In this document: positions 27,153 through 40,084 of the stretch, piece after piece
Numbering within the stretch: the first letter of the stretch is position 1
Layout of the letters: each line of letters begins with the position of its first letter
Assembly (NCBI RefSeq): GCF_964188315.1
Contig: NC_135673.1
Coordinates: 38,502,001-38,566,000, forward strand
Reading direction: 5' to 3'
DNA: 64,000 nucleotides
Source of the DNA: Podarcis muralis
Taxonomy: Eukaryota
Made by a program: the position numbers and the translations under genes
The notes under the pieces: generated by a model
What the model saw: only the letters and a program-made list of their open reading frames with translations
What the model was told of the DNA's origin: nothing
The model's database searches: none

Positions 27153-27306
27153 TATCTTCATTTCAAAGCAATAACTGCTGGCAGTGTTGAGCACTAATGT
27201 AGGGATCAGCAATTAGATGACCTTGAAGCAAATCCCACCCACTAGAGGAATTTCACTTGGCCCCTTAAGTCGTTAACCTTACGGCAGGGCTGTAGCTCAC
27301 TAGTAG

Positions 27307-27327
27307 ATGATGATGATGATGATGATG

Positions 27328-27381
<54 letters not shown>

Positions 27382-27536
27382 TATTTCTACCCTGCCCATC
27401 TGGCTGGGTTTCCCCAGCCACTCTGGGTGGCTTTCAACAGAACATTAAAAACAAAATAAAACTTCATCCCTAAACAGGGCTGCCTTCAGATGTCTTCTAA
27501 AAGTCAGACAGTTGTTTATTTCCTTGACATCTGATG
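27307..27536 (-). mobile_element. L2 3' end with (GAT)n(AAT)n tail, interrupted by a hAT element and continuing at ~28350
   Basis: Same L2 sequence as 51527-51889. Confidence 0.8.
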
Positions 27537-28349
27537 CATAGCTGTCAAGTGTCCCTTATTTGGCAGGACAGTCCCTTATCCCAGCGCCATGTCCCGCTGC
27601 TGTCCCTTATTGATGATGTCCCTTAAATTTCCCGGGTTTCAAAGGAAGCAGCTCCTCTCCCTCCCTCCCTGCCGGCCTGGGAGGAGGGAGGCTCCAAATG
27701 TGTTGCTTGGCTGCGTTGCTCACCCAATAAGGAGTCTAAGAATGACTGGGGGGTGGAGCTTGCATGCCTTGTGCCGATCAAATTGGCTGCGTTGCCTGGG
27801 AACTCGCCTTTGCTCAGCGCTTCCCAGTGGAGAGGTGGCGGTGGTTTTCCTTGCTGCATCCCCTTTGCCGGGTTGCTGCGCTGTGGGAACCACCGCTTGA
27901 GGCTTTGTTTGGCTGCTGGTTGACTAAAATCCCTTATTTTGGCTGCTGATCTCTTACAGTGGTGCTCCGCAAGATGAATGCCTCGCAAGACGGAAAACCC
28001 GCTAGACGAAAGGGTTTTCCGTTTTTGAGTTGCTTCGCAAGACAAATTTCCCTATGGGCTTGCTTCGCAAGACGAAACGTCTTGCTAGTCTTGCGATTTT
28101 TTTTCTCGCTCCCCCCCCCCTTTTTTTCTAAGCCGCTAAGCCTTTTAGCAGCTAAGCCACTAAGCCTTTAATAGCCGCTAAACCGCTAATAGCGCTAATC
28201 CGCTAAGCCGCTAATAGGGTTGCTTCGCAAGACGAAAAAACCGCTAGACGAAGAGAATCGCGGAACAGATTCTTTTCGTCTTGCAAGACACCACTGTATT
28301 TTCGAGGCTGCTGGTCCCTTATTTTCAAATCTGTAAGTTGACAGCTATG
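27537..28349. mobile_element. Non-autonomous hAT element carrying a nested mariner MITE
   Basis: TIR catagctgtcaa/ttgacagctatg; TSD atctgatg/atctgata. Confidence 0.85.
27957..28296. mobile_element. Tc1/mariner MITE nested in the hAT element, with an internal (aagccgct[a]) array
   Basis: cagtggtg...caccactg, TA TSD. Confidence 0.85.
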
Positions 28350-29199
28350 ATCTGATATGAGGGCATTCCACAGGGTGGAACATCTGCTTTATATGCAGAA
28401 GGTCCCAGGTTCAATCCTCAGCATCTCCAAGTAGGTATGAGAGGCACAAACCCAGCCTGAAATCTTGAACGGTTGCTGCCAGTCACTGGCTGCAAGAAAG
28501 ATGGCAGGCAATGGGGAACTGATTGAAGGCAGATTGGGGTGGGGGGTGCCTACCACTGTGCCTACCCTGTACATTTCAGGGTAGCTGGTATGGGGGTGGG
28601 GAACCATTAGTTGCCTGGGACACTGGAGAGCGGCTGCCAGTCAAAGTAGACAACCCTGAACTATATGGACAAACAGTTCAACCTGCTCTAAGGCAGTTTT
28701 CTGTGTTCCTATGTTAGAGCATCCCCAACATTCTGATGCACAGAGGGAACTCCTGAATACATAGATTCCCTGCATTCGCTTTAGTAGATCCACCATTTTT
28801 CTTGGATTCTTTTCTCATGGAGAAAAATCATAGGCCAGTGATAGAATGCCTGGCATACAAATGGCCCCTTCCAGTTAAATAGACCTCAGGTTAGCATTGT
28901 TCACAATCATTCTTGCCTTGGAGAGCTGCTGCCAACTGGAGTGGGAAATACTGACCTTTACACATTCATATCCTCAGAAGAACACATCTGCTGCCCATTC
29001 AGTATAAGTTAAGAGGAGGGCAGAAGAGCACACAAGTATCATCTTTTCATGTGCCTGGCTATGGCTGGTGCAAAATAGGACAAAAGGCAGGTTAGCCAGG
29101 AGTAGATGGAGACACAGCTGATGGCAGGCAGAAGCAACTAATTCTAGGTTTTGTCCTCATCCTCCTCCATACTGAGTTTTTCAGGGTCAAGACTGAGAG

Positions 29200-29237
29200 G
29201 GAGGAGGAGGAGGAGGAGGAGGAGGAGGAGGAGGAGG
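29200..29237. repeat. (GGA)n microsatellite
   Basis: Read directly from the sequence. Confidence 0.95.
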
Positions 29238-29957
29238 AAACAGGCAATTGTGCCAACCACCTGGACTGGGTGCAAGTAAGAAAGCAGGCGAGTTGGGGCT
29301 GGGTGAGGCCAGACTGAGGTTGATGGGGCAGGACCCCATTTGCCCTGATGAAGCGGCCTCCACTGGGAAGAACATAGCAACATCTCATTAGGGCTGCCTA
29401 AAACCCTGGACAGCTGCTCCCAGTCAGTGTGGACAGTACTGGGATGGATTGGACTAGCGATCTGACTCAGTGGAGAGCAGCTTTCTATGTTCCTATGTAC
29501 TTTGCCCTTTCCTTTCCACAGCAAGTGCTCAACAAATCACCTTCTTTAGTATTCAGCATCTTTTGGAATTAAAGTGTAAACACACTTATTTTAATGATCT
29601 GTAGTTCCCTGCAGCACACCAGTTCTGAACTTAACAGAATATTTATCGGAATGCATCACAAGGTTTGCACCCCACAGCTGAGGTCGCAGACTTGTCATAT
29701 CAATATGATATACATAGTTCCCCTGTGTATGTTTCATTCCACAAATGCGATTACATTAATGCCACACTGCCAACAGGGTCTCGACCCACAGCCATTATTC
29801 CAGAGGAAGCAAAATTGGTTCAAAATGGTTCTCACAGATGGATTTGCAAAGGAAAGACAATTCCGAGAATCATCGGGCATGTGGTGACTAATATAATAGC
29901 AGCTGTGCGGTTTTTAGCTTATGTTTTATGTGCCATCTTCATTAGAAATCCTTCTTT

Positions 29958-29958
<1 letters not shown>

Positions 29959-30008
<50 letters not shown>
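29959..30008. repeat. (AG)n microsatellite
   Basis: Read directly from the sequence. Confidence 0.95.
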
Positions 30009-30010
<2 letters not shown>

Positions 30011-32190
30011 GTTTCGCTTTTGGTGGTACATAGACTATGGATTCTGGAGGGCTGCACCCACTAGACAACCTCAGAAAGTAAATCTTAAGAACACTTCATA
30101 TATTACAAAGAAAGAGGAGCAGAACTGGCCCTGCCCTTGACGCTTATTCAGCATGTGCAAACTTCATGTGCAAAGTATATCCAGACTCTTTAGGAGCTAG
30201 GAGGGACCACTGGACTGGTGCATATGTAGGTTGCACATAGGAAAAGACTACAGACATGAATCCACTCTCCTTTCTCTGGCCATGGCCATTCTAACATGCA
30301 AAGCGGCGGTGTGAATGCCTTATTTAGCCAGAGGGACCTATTCATTTTGTTATGCAACCTTCCAAGGGCCACATGCCAGTGGCAGGCAGGGAAAGAAGCA
30401 AAACAGACCAGCAGAACAGCAAATGTGAATTTCATCTTCATACAGCAGGCTAGTTTCTATACAGACTCACACACCTCTCTCAGTTCCCCACCCACAAGAG
30501 CAGGAGGCATGATCAGAGCTCAAGGACCCATTCCAGCCAGTCAAAAACAAAGCAAGGAGGTGAAGGAGTGTGGGTTTGGAGGAGGTGTGGCCTAGGTGAC
30601 CCTGGGGGTGAAACAGAGAATCCTAGGGAGCCACATGTGGCTTCTGGGCCTGAGGTTCCCTATTCCTGGTGTAGCATGTCCTAGGCTGCCCAGTGTTTAT
30701 TCAGAAGTTAAGCCCCATTGAGTTGAGTAGGACTAAGGACACAAACACACCATACAATTAAATCTGTATTATACTACTTTAAACAAGTCATGGCTCCCCC
30801 TAGGGAATCTTATGAACTGTTAAGAGTGCTGAAAGTTGTCAGGAGACCCCTATTCCTCTCACATAACAATTCCCATGGTTCCCTGGGAACAGAGAATACT
30901 TGTTAAAACACTCCAGAACTGTAGCCCTGTGAATAGGGGTCTCCCAACAACTCTCAGTGCCCCTAGCAGATTATGGTCTACAGGATTATTTATAACAAAG
31001 GTTGGGTGACCACCTGTCATGGATGCCTTAGTTGACATTCCTTAGTTGACATTAGTTGACTAGGTTACCTTGGGGTCCCTTCCAACTTTACAATTCTATG
31101 TGATTCTAGATCCCAGGCGTTGCAAACTTTGTATGACAAATCGGGTTAGCAAAAGCAGAACTCCACAGCACCATCTGGTGTCATAGCGTTATAATGCATA
31201 TACAAACACGTATAAAGCATTTTTTTTCTTTGCCAATGTAGCTGTGTCCTCAGACAATGTTGGGACCTTGCCATCTTCCTGAGGTCCCATAGTGAAAGAC
31301 TTGAAGCTGATGGTCTGTGATGTTTTGTTAGGGAAGGGGTTGGGGGTTGGTTGCATTTACTTAAACTAGGGGTGAGGAACATTTCTGAGCCAAAGAACTT
31401 CTGGGGCAACCTTCTATGAGCCACAGACCTGGGCTGGGCAGAACCAGGGGCAAAAGTGAGCAGGTCAATGAATGGGAAAGCTAGCTTTGTACAGTAAGTT
31501 AGTTTCTATACACGCACATACGGACCTCTGCATCCTCCATCCAGGCAAGCAAGCAAGCAAGAGGCACTATCAGAGTTCAATGGGACATTTCAGCAAGGGA
31601 GATGTGATGTTATGCAATGCCAGTGAGCAGGGTCTCACTGGGTCTCTTTGGGCCTGAGGCTCCCCACCCCTTCTTTAAGCACTCTGATGCTTGCAAGACA
31701 TGCAACACTTTGCAGGGGCCTAGGCTGATCTGTCACAGGTGGGAGAACTGTAGGGGTAGCATGGATGGCCCAACCAACAAGGTTTGCCACATTGCACCAC
31801 CTTCTCCTGAGGACTTCTATTTGGTGCTAAGGCCTCTGCCCAACAAAGCAGAGAGATTCTGCGTGCATTTGCAATCATGCGTTTGCAATATACTGGTCCT
31901 CAACTGGAGAACTGGAAGCACATGACCTCATATGGGTGGAAGCAACACTGCAGTGACTTTTTTTTCTGTCAGGGGAGGAAGGAAGGAAAGCAAAGAAAAA
32001 AGGGCAGATCTACATGCAGCAAGGGTAAGCATATAATACATTTACAAAACAAAAACTGGGCCCATGCAAGCAGAGTCCTGTGTTCAGAAAGACTAAAGAC
32101 CACTTTAATAATTACATCCTTTAATCATTTTTCCATTAGCAATTCCAGGAACATCAGTGTGACATTGTATTTGAGTGTTCTTATTATTAT

Positions 32191-32850
32191 TATTGAGGGG
32201 AAATTCGTGGAACAGGTCTCGGTGTTTCGATTTCTGGGAATGGAATTGCGACATGACCTAACCTGGGGAGAAAACAGCAAAGGCCTAATGAAGAGAGTAC
32301 AGCAGAGGTTATATTTTCTGAGAATCCTCCGGAAAAAACAACCTCTCAAAGGACATGTTGATGGCATTTTACCATTGTACTGTGGAGAGCGTATTAACTT
32401 ATGGTCCGTGTGTGTGCTTTGGGAGCTGCACGGTTAGGGGAAAAACAATGCTGTCCAGCATTGTAAAGACTGCGGAGAGAATAATTGGGTGCACTCTTCC
32501 AACCTTGGAACTAATCTATGCTTCCTGGTGCCTTAAGAAAGCTGCAGAGATAGCACAGGATAGTGCGCACCCCGGAAATGATCTCTTTCAGCTTCTGCCT
32601 TCTGGAAGAAGGTACAGGGTTACAAAGACTAGGACTAGCCGCCTGAGAAACAGTTTCTACCCAAATGCGATTTTGGTTTTAAACACAGTGTAAGGAGTCT
32701 CTATGGGAGTATTTAAAAATAGGGTATCAGAGTTTTTAGTGGGCTAACTAGGTTGGGATCGCTGGGATAGCAGGCTTGTTAGGTTTTGAATGTTTCATGT
32801 AGATTTTTCAATTTCGTTGTTCTGTATGGGACAATGACAATAAAGATTAT
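32191..32850 (+). mobile_element. Rex1/Babar-type LINE 3' fragment
   Basis: Two overlapping frames give ...FRFLGMEL..DLTW...QRLYFLR.L and FYHCTVESVLTY...LFQLLPSGRRYR...RTSRLRNSFYP, typical of the Rex1 RT C-terminus. One frameshift near 32340. Confidence 0.8.
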
Positions 32851-34272
32851 CATATTGTATTGAGTTGCTGCTTATAACCTATCAAGTATTTTATTTCTGC
32901 AATCACAATCTGCTCCCCCCCCCCCCCCTTTAACTCAGCACATGCTTCAGGAAGGGTAGAGATGGGAGCCACCTTGTTTCTAGACATTGGGTGATACGTA
33001 AGCAATGCCTATATTAGGAGCCACTGACCTCTTTTTTATGACCATTGGCCACATTTTGAGCAAGGGCTGCATTCCCACCCTCTCCCAGATCAGCACCTCC
33101 CCACCCAAAGACAAAAAAGATGAAATACATGTGTGTGTGCGCGCACACACAGAGAGAGAGAGAGAGAGAGATTCTACATGGATTCTGGGTCAAAGTTAAA
33201 ACCAATATAATTAATCTGAATCACACACACACACACAAATCTTAGAGTTGAAAGAGGATGTGAGAAAGAGTGGCACTTTTCCAACTTCCTCCTTCAACTG
33301 TATGTACTTTTGGAAGAAGAAAGTAACCCCCCTTGCTACCTTATGACCATGGGGACAGTGACAGGGGATGCTCAGAGATTCCATAGCTGCATAGCCACCA
33401 CAGTGCCAACATGTGCTAAGTTGCCAACTCCTGGTCTATATTTATCACAGAATCCAAAGAATCAGGGTCAGCTCAAGCATTAAGTGGCCCTGAACAATGC
33501 GTCCTCTCGGCACTGCCTTCCATCAATGGACATCTTGCTGCAGTAGCAGTGCTCCGCACAACACTGGCCAGCTGTGCCTAGCTACCCTTGCATTTTCCCA
33601 CATGAAATGTGACCCCAGGTCAAGAGCGCTGTGAGAAACTTTAAGGGCAACTAGATCCAGCTAACCAATGGTGATCAAAACCAGGGGCAAGGCCTGAAAA
33701 AGCACAAAAGAGGCAAGCATTAGCAATGAGCCCTGCCAAAGTCCTGGGGTCCTGGCAACTGTTTATGGGCGCTAAGTGGTGCAGAAAAGACCCTGCAGAG
33801 GTATCTTTGTGCATGAGGAGGAGACTACACAAGGCGTCTTTCTGGTGAGGGAATAGGGATTCAAGGCTCCACATGGCTCCCTGCCCTCCTTCTCCATATC
33901 AAGCTGTCCAGGGGTTCTTATAATGCAAGTGTAAGCAATTATAAGGGGGGGGGGAGAGATACAGGTTTCATTTTCAGCTGCACACTCAGCTGTTCTTGAC
34001 ACAGAATTGCTTTAGAATGAGGCTCTCTCTATTGATGCACAGTGTGTACCCAGATCCTCCCTACAGATAGAGATTAACATCACCCATGATGATCAAACAC
34101 CTGCCAAGTGTGTCTTTGGAATGCAGAAAATGTGATTTTCGTGCTCAGGCTCCACACGGGCTCATCCTTGTCTTTCCTCCTCCTGTAGTGGAAGCGCTTT
34201 GTGTTGTTTTCAAGGCTGCATCTCCTCTTCTGCCATGCTTCTTATGAATATTTCACACCTGGAAATGGTCTG

Positions 34273-34332
34273 TTATGGCAGCTTCACGACTACAACACAG
34301 GCGCCGGCTCTTCCTATATTGACTGGAACTTC
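34273..34332 (-). CDS. KLHL4: KLHL4 last coding exon EVPVNIGRAGACVVVVKLP*
   Basis: Acceptor ttcttgttttttttag, TAA stop at 34275-34273. The C-terminus matches human KLHL4 as I recall it and differs from KLHL1 and KLHL5. Confidence 0.96.
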   Translation of the reverse strand, partial: EVPVNIGRAGACVVVVKLP

Positions 34333-34552
34333 CTAAAAAAAACAAGAACCAGAATGTGCTCTGTTAACTCCACCTAACATGCCATCCTGAATCGGTGGGA
34401 GGGGGACTGCTGCCCTTTGGATGTCAAACCCGAACTCCATCTGGGTTCCAGGCCAAGGATGGTGGGAGCCCAGCATCACCTCGAGAGTGAAAGTTTCCCC
34501 AGCCATGATCTAAGTTAATTAAGAACAGCATATAATTTCCCTCTAAATACTA

Positions 34553-34773
34553 CAGTCATACCTCGTGTTGCGTTAGGTTCATGTTGGGTCTTTTTGGCTT
34601 GCGAACACAGCAAACCCTGTGTGCATACGCAGAAGCGTTCTGCATGCTTCGCACATGCGCAGAACTGCTCTATCGTGCTCCGTGTTTGCACAGAAGCGCC
34701 ACTCTAGTTGCAGACTTTTTGGGGTGCAAAAGGCACCCCGGAACAGATTTGTCCACAACTAGTGGTACCACTG
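34553..34773. mobile_element. Tc1/mariner MITE
   Basis: cagtcatacc...ggtaccactg, TA TSD. Confidence 0.7.
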
Positions 34774-34819
34774 TATATTGCTATTGCTAGGGCTATTGTT
34801 GGGGTGTATGGGGTGTTAA

Positions 34820-35176
34820 GGGACGCGGGTGGCGCTGTGGGTAAAAGCCTCAGCGCCTAGCGCTTGCCGGTCGAAAGGTCGGTGGTTCGAATCCCCGCGG
34901 CGGGGTGCACTCCCGTTGTTCGGTCCCAGCGCCTGCCAACCTAGCAGTTGGAAAGCACTCCCGGGTGCAAGTAGATAAATAGGGACCGCTTACTGGCGGG
35001 AAGGTAAACGGCGTTTCTGTGTGTGGCTCTGGCTCACCAGAGCAGCGATGTCACGCTGGCCATGTGACCCGGAAGTGTCTCCGGACAACGCTGGCCCCGG
35101 CCTCTTGAGTGAGATGGGCGCACAACCCTAGAGTCTGTCAAGACTGGCCCGTAAGGGCAGGGGTACCTTTACCTTT
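34820..35176 (+). mobile_element. Sauria SINE in the last KLHL4 intron
   Basis: 13-bp TSD tatggggtgttaa; (ACCTTT) tail. Confidence 0.9.
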
Positions 35177-35831
35177 TATGGGGTGTTAAAGGAGTGGTAC
35201 TTTTTGGGGAATCCCTGAAAGATGGCCATCCAACCTCTGCTTAAAAACTGCTGCTTATCTATTAATTGCCTTACAGAGTAACATAGACAAAAAGGTAGAT
35301 CCCTGCCCCAAGACCCTTACAATGTAAACTTTGACAGGGGGGGGAGGAAGACTTGGGCAAAGTAACTAATATGGGAGAAATACGGTTACACGCACTAAAG
35401 TTCTGTTTCTGCGCTGTGTAAGGACTTAAAGGCTTGTACCAAAGGCTTTACAGGATAATTACGCTTGAGGTGTCTTGGGAGTCAGACTCAAGCAGAAGGG
35501 GCAGCCAGGGATAATGGGTGGAAACATTTGAGGGAAAGAGAGACCCTGGAGCAGCTGGGGTTGGTACATCTGGAAGAGCAATGAGACAGGTGGGCATTTC
35601 TTGGTTAGTGGCAATAGGCAAGATGGTGTTGTGTAGTGTAGCTGTTAGCAGGCTAGACTCACTCAGCCATGAAGCTCCTTGGGTGACCTTGGGCCAGCCA
35701 CCATCTTCTCAGCATAATTTATCCCATAGGGTTGTTGTGAGGACAAAAAGGGGAAGTTAGGAGAACCATGTAAAGAAGCTTGAGCTACTTGGAGGGAAAG
35801 CGGGATATAAATGCAATAACAAGCAAATTAC

Positions 35832-36003
35832 CTCTATCCATTCATTGTTTTGTGCATCATAAGATTCCACCGTATCCAGGTAGGTTTGTCCATCATAACC
35901 ACCCACTGCGTACAACCTGTCTCCAAGAGGACAGATCCCAACAGCATCACGGGGTACGCTCAAAGGTGCTACAGTGGTCCAAGTGTCTGTTTTCGGATCA
36001 TAC
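35832..36003 (-). CDS. KLHL4: KLHL4 coding exon (Kelch: [22 protein letters not shown]...QNNEWIE)
   Basis: Acceptor atactctag, donor gtaatt, 172 nt, phase 2-0. Confidence 0.97.
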
Positions 36004-37239
36004 CTAGAGTATTTATGTAGATCTTTGCAGTTATTAGTAGAATAGAAAATAAAATAAAATAACTAAGCTTAAATGCCTCCTTCAGCTGCAGCAGCCCATT
36101 GGAAGGGGCCATTTTGGTGATTTGGGCGTGGGAAATTGAAGAGGGTGAATTATATACCCAGTAACATTCATCCTCATCTCTTATACTACATGCTACTTTC
36201 TCTTCCCCCTCCCCACCCCTGCAAAGTTCCTTCTGTTTCTTCCTCTCTAGACAGGACATGTCACTTCCCACTTGCGCCCTCACTTTGATTTGGCTTCAGG
36301 GTAGAATAATCAGAGTGAGGGCAGGAAAAGGAAGCAACATTTGCCATCTGGGGAGGAAGGAATCGATGGCATTGGGGCAGTAGGTATACCTAGCAGCAGC
36401 AAAGAGTAATCAAAGAGAAAACAAAGGCATCCAGATTAACAGGCAGGAGTGACACTCCTTTCGGAAAACTTCCCCCACACCCGGTCCCCCAAATCTGAGC
36501 TGGTAAAGGTTCTCAAGACTCCATATTGAGCCATGAGGAAGTAAGAAATATAATCATGCTTCCTGCAGCCACGAGATGGCACTCTTGACTTATGATCTAG
36601 TCCTTTCTTCTTAGTCACAATATAAAATGACTGAGTTGAAGCATGCAGCAGCAACAGTGACAGCCAATCACCCATTCTTTATTCCCTTTCCATTTAGAGG
36701 ACATCAAGCAAATGTCTCCAGAAAAAGCCAAGCATTTATTGTTGTTATTATTATTATTATTACTATTTGCTGGATGGCTATAATAATTCATAGAAATGTT
36801 TTAGTCTGTGCACGCTTTAAGGAATTTTAGATATCAGCAAGCTGACTTTTGAAGAAATTGATGGATTCTTAGTATAGAAGCCTTTTGCAGTTTAATAAAT
36901 CAAAGCTACCATTCATTGTTAGATGGAAAGTGTGCATACAGCATACATTTGGAATTAAGAGAAGCAGCATTTGCTTCAGATAAATCAGGGGTGGGAAACC
37001 TGAGGCCCAAATTCAGACCTCCAAGCCTCTCTGCCTGGGCCTCAGGACTTCTCCCCTATCTGCCACTGACTCTGCTTTGCATCCTCCTTGAGTGTTTTTG
37101 CCTGCCTTGAATATGTCCTCAAATACGGATCATGCTTCTCGCTTCCTTGGAAGGAAAATAAAGAAGAGTGTGTGCATGTGTGTAGGACCTAGCCTACTGT
37201 ATAAATGTCAATTTTATATGCATTGTTGCTTATGGTCCT

Positions 37240-37536
37240 CAGAGCTGTCTTTCCTATTGGGTTTACTGGCGCATTGCACCAGGGCGCCAGCCTCTCAGGG
37301 GCGCCCCAGCGAGTGGGGGAGCTGCACGGCTTTGCTGGCAGCCTCCTCTTTCCCTGCACGGCTGCCAACTGTGCCCTGTCAACCATATGGCTGGCGGGCG
37401 TGCAGCTTACCTCCCAAGCCTCCGCAGGAGGAGTGCGATCCCCGCAGAGGCTTGGGAAAAGGTTGGCAACTCTAGGAAAGGGGGGTGCCGGAGGGATCTT
37501 TGCACCACGGCGCCAGATATGCTTAAGACGGCCCTG
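37240..37536. mobile_element. GC-rich hAT MITE
   Basis: TIR cagagctgtctt/aagacggccctg; TSD atggtcct/atcgtcct. Confidence 0.75.
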
Positions 37537-37727
37537 ATCGTCCTGCCCACATATGTGGCTTCCAGAAAGTTCCGCACCTTCAATAAGAATCTATCAATTT
37601 ACGAAGCGGCACACAGGTACAGTATGATCACTTGCCTAATTTTAACTTTCATTCTTTGGGAGGCCCTCCAACTGCATCCCTAATTTTGTTAATTTACTAA
37701 ATTTCTTTCTCTGGCGAATACCTGTTA

Positions 37728-38089
37728 CCGTATTTTTTGCTCTATAAGACGCACCAGACCATAAGACGCACATAGTTTTTGGAGGAGGAAAACAAGAAAA
37801 AAAATATTCTGAATCCCAGAAGCCAGAACAGCAAGAGGGATCAAACAGCCACGCAAAGCCTCTTCAGGGCAGGGGGAGCGTTCTTCCCGCTGTCCTGAAG
37901 AAGCCTTGCGTTGCTATCCCATAAGCCAGAACAGCCAAAAGGATCGCTGCACAACGAAAGCAGTGATCCCTCTTGGTGTTCTGGCTTATGGGATAGCTGC
38001 ACAGCCTGCATTCGCTCCATAAGATGCACACACATTTCCCCTTACTTTTTAGGAGGGAAAAAGTGCGTCTTATAGAGCAAAAAATATGG
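37728..38089. mobile_element. Mariner-type MITE (CCGTATTT termini)
   Basis: TIR ccgtattttttgctctataagacgcac and its inverse; TA TSD. Confidence 0.85.
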
Positions 38090-38393
38090 TAAATCCAGCA
38101 TGTTGTTTAAACCTAAAACATCTGTTTGGACACACAAAGGAAGATGTCAATCATTTAATTCCTTTATGTGGTGCGGCATAATGGTTACAACCTGAGATGG
38201 TGACCAGACCCCCACCTGGGCATGAACCTCACTGGGGTGACATTGGGTCAGTCACCTTCTCTCATCCTGAACTACCTCATAGGGTTGTTGTGGGGATAAC
38301 ATTGGAGTTGGGGAATATTGTATGCCACCTTGACCTCCTTGAAGAAAATGAGGTTTATATACATGCAGTAAAAAAAATTTAAAACGCCCCTAC

Positions 38394-38606
38394 CTTTCTA
38401 CGCAGTCCGAAAGCCGAGAACAGTGATTCGAAGCAGGAGCATCGTGGCCACCCACGGCATAGAGAAACCCGTTGTAGGTTGCAACACCAACCCCTCCACG
38501 CCGCTTTGACATGGATGCGCACATGCTCCACTTGTTTGTGTGGGGGTCAAAGCACTCCATGGACTTCAGGCAGGAGCTGCCGTCTCGCCCGCCAACAGCA
38601 TACAAC
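38394..38606 (-). CDS. KLHL4: KLHL4 coding exon (Kelch: [26 protein letters not shown]...SRLSDCVER)
   Basis: Acceptor tgctgttatag, donor gtaggg, 213 nt, phase 2-2. Confidence 0.97.
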
Positions 38607-38895
38607 CTATAACAGCAGGACAAGCAAGACATGAAGGCATCTTGTCTAATTGCCCACATTTTGAAGGAAGGACGCAGGAAGCATGCCATCGGTTCATCTT
38701 GCTCTACAACAAGGATGTAGAATATGTGGCCCTCCAGATGTTGTTGAACTCCCATCAGGTGTTGCTAGCAAGTCCAATGCTTAAGGGTGATGCAGTACAA
38801 CAACATCCAAAAGGCCAAAGGTTCTCCATCTCTGGTCTACACTGACTGGCAGTTTCTCTTCAGCGTTAATAATAAAATCATAGTAGAGTTGGAAG

Positions 38896-39126
38896 CATAG
38901 CTGTCAACTTTCAGATTTGAAAATAAGGGATCAGCAGCCTCAAAAATAAGGGATCAGCAGGCTCACCTGACCCGGGGAGCCTCAAAAATAAGGGACCAGC
39001 AGCCTTAACCTGCCCCAAGGATAGTCTACAGAATATCTAACAATCCAAGATTGCAGCGGGAAGCAGCGGGAAATGGTGCTGGAATAAGGGAATTTCCAGC
39101 AAAAAAAGGGAAGGTTGACAGCTATG
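38896..39126. mobile_element. hAT MITE (family of 27537) inserted in a SINE tail
   Basis: 13-bp TIR catagctgtcaac; exact 8-bp TSD gttggaag. Confidence 0.9.
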
Positions 39127-39263
39127 GTTGGAAGAGACACTGAGGGTCATCTTGTTCGACCCCCTACAATGCAGCTGTCCCATACAGGGATCAAATCTGA
39201 AACCTTGGCATTATCAGCCCAACGGTCTAATCAACTGAGCTTATCTGTGAGTGTTGTGCATAC

Positions 39264-39426
39264 TTGCTGTTCAGTGCTGCAACCCCCACAGTGCTCCTTG
39301 GTGTTGCCATGCTTGCGACGTAATTCCACTGCCGGGCCTGAGGATCCCATCTTTCCACTGTGTTGAGGTAACTCCATCCATCGTGGCCTCCCACCGCATA
39401 CATTGGCCCTTCAAGCATTGCTACAC
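39264..39426 (-). CDS. KLHL4: KLHL4 coding exon (Kelch: [29 protein letters not shown]...ALNSK)
   Basis: Acceptor tttcatccaaag, donor gtatgc, 163 nt, phase 1-2. Confidence 0.97.
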
Positions 39427-40084
39427 CTTTGGATGAAAATCAGAGTTGAGAGGAAAGTAGTAGATATTAATGTAGAGGCACATCTGTTTAATTACGTATT
39501 CATGTTCCTCACCTACACCCCGCCATCCACCCAGTAGAGCCATATGGTGGATAACTGGCATACCAGTCACACAACAAAACACAACACTGAAATTCATGCA
39601 ACAATACAGGACAAGGAATCTCTGGGGCTGCGAACAGCCTGTGAAGCTTCATGGCTACGGAGTAGGGATGGGTGGAATGGTCTTCAATTGACCCATGTCT
39701 GTTTCAAAAAGTGCATTCCATCCCATTTTTAACTCTGTGTGTGTACTCAAAACATTCTCTTTGTAATAATTGCAGTGAAGAGGAGGGCTGGGAAAGCCCA
39801 GTAACACACGTAGTTCTGTCTTCCACCAATGCTGGATCCAAGTTGTTGTGTTTGAGCTATGATAGGAAAGCTCTTACTGTGATCATTGAATCACAGTGGT
39901 CCATTCACACATGCATCTAATGTCAAGGGAAGGCTAGGAATATGTAGACCTGTTCTCAAGGTATGTGTAGACCTGTTCTCAGTTAGAGGTCTCTGGAGAA
40001 TCATTGCACGGCAAGTGCATGTTTAATGTGTGACAAACAGTCATTGCCAGTTTAAGTAGAAGATAATTTTGCAAATGTTCTTAC

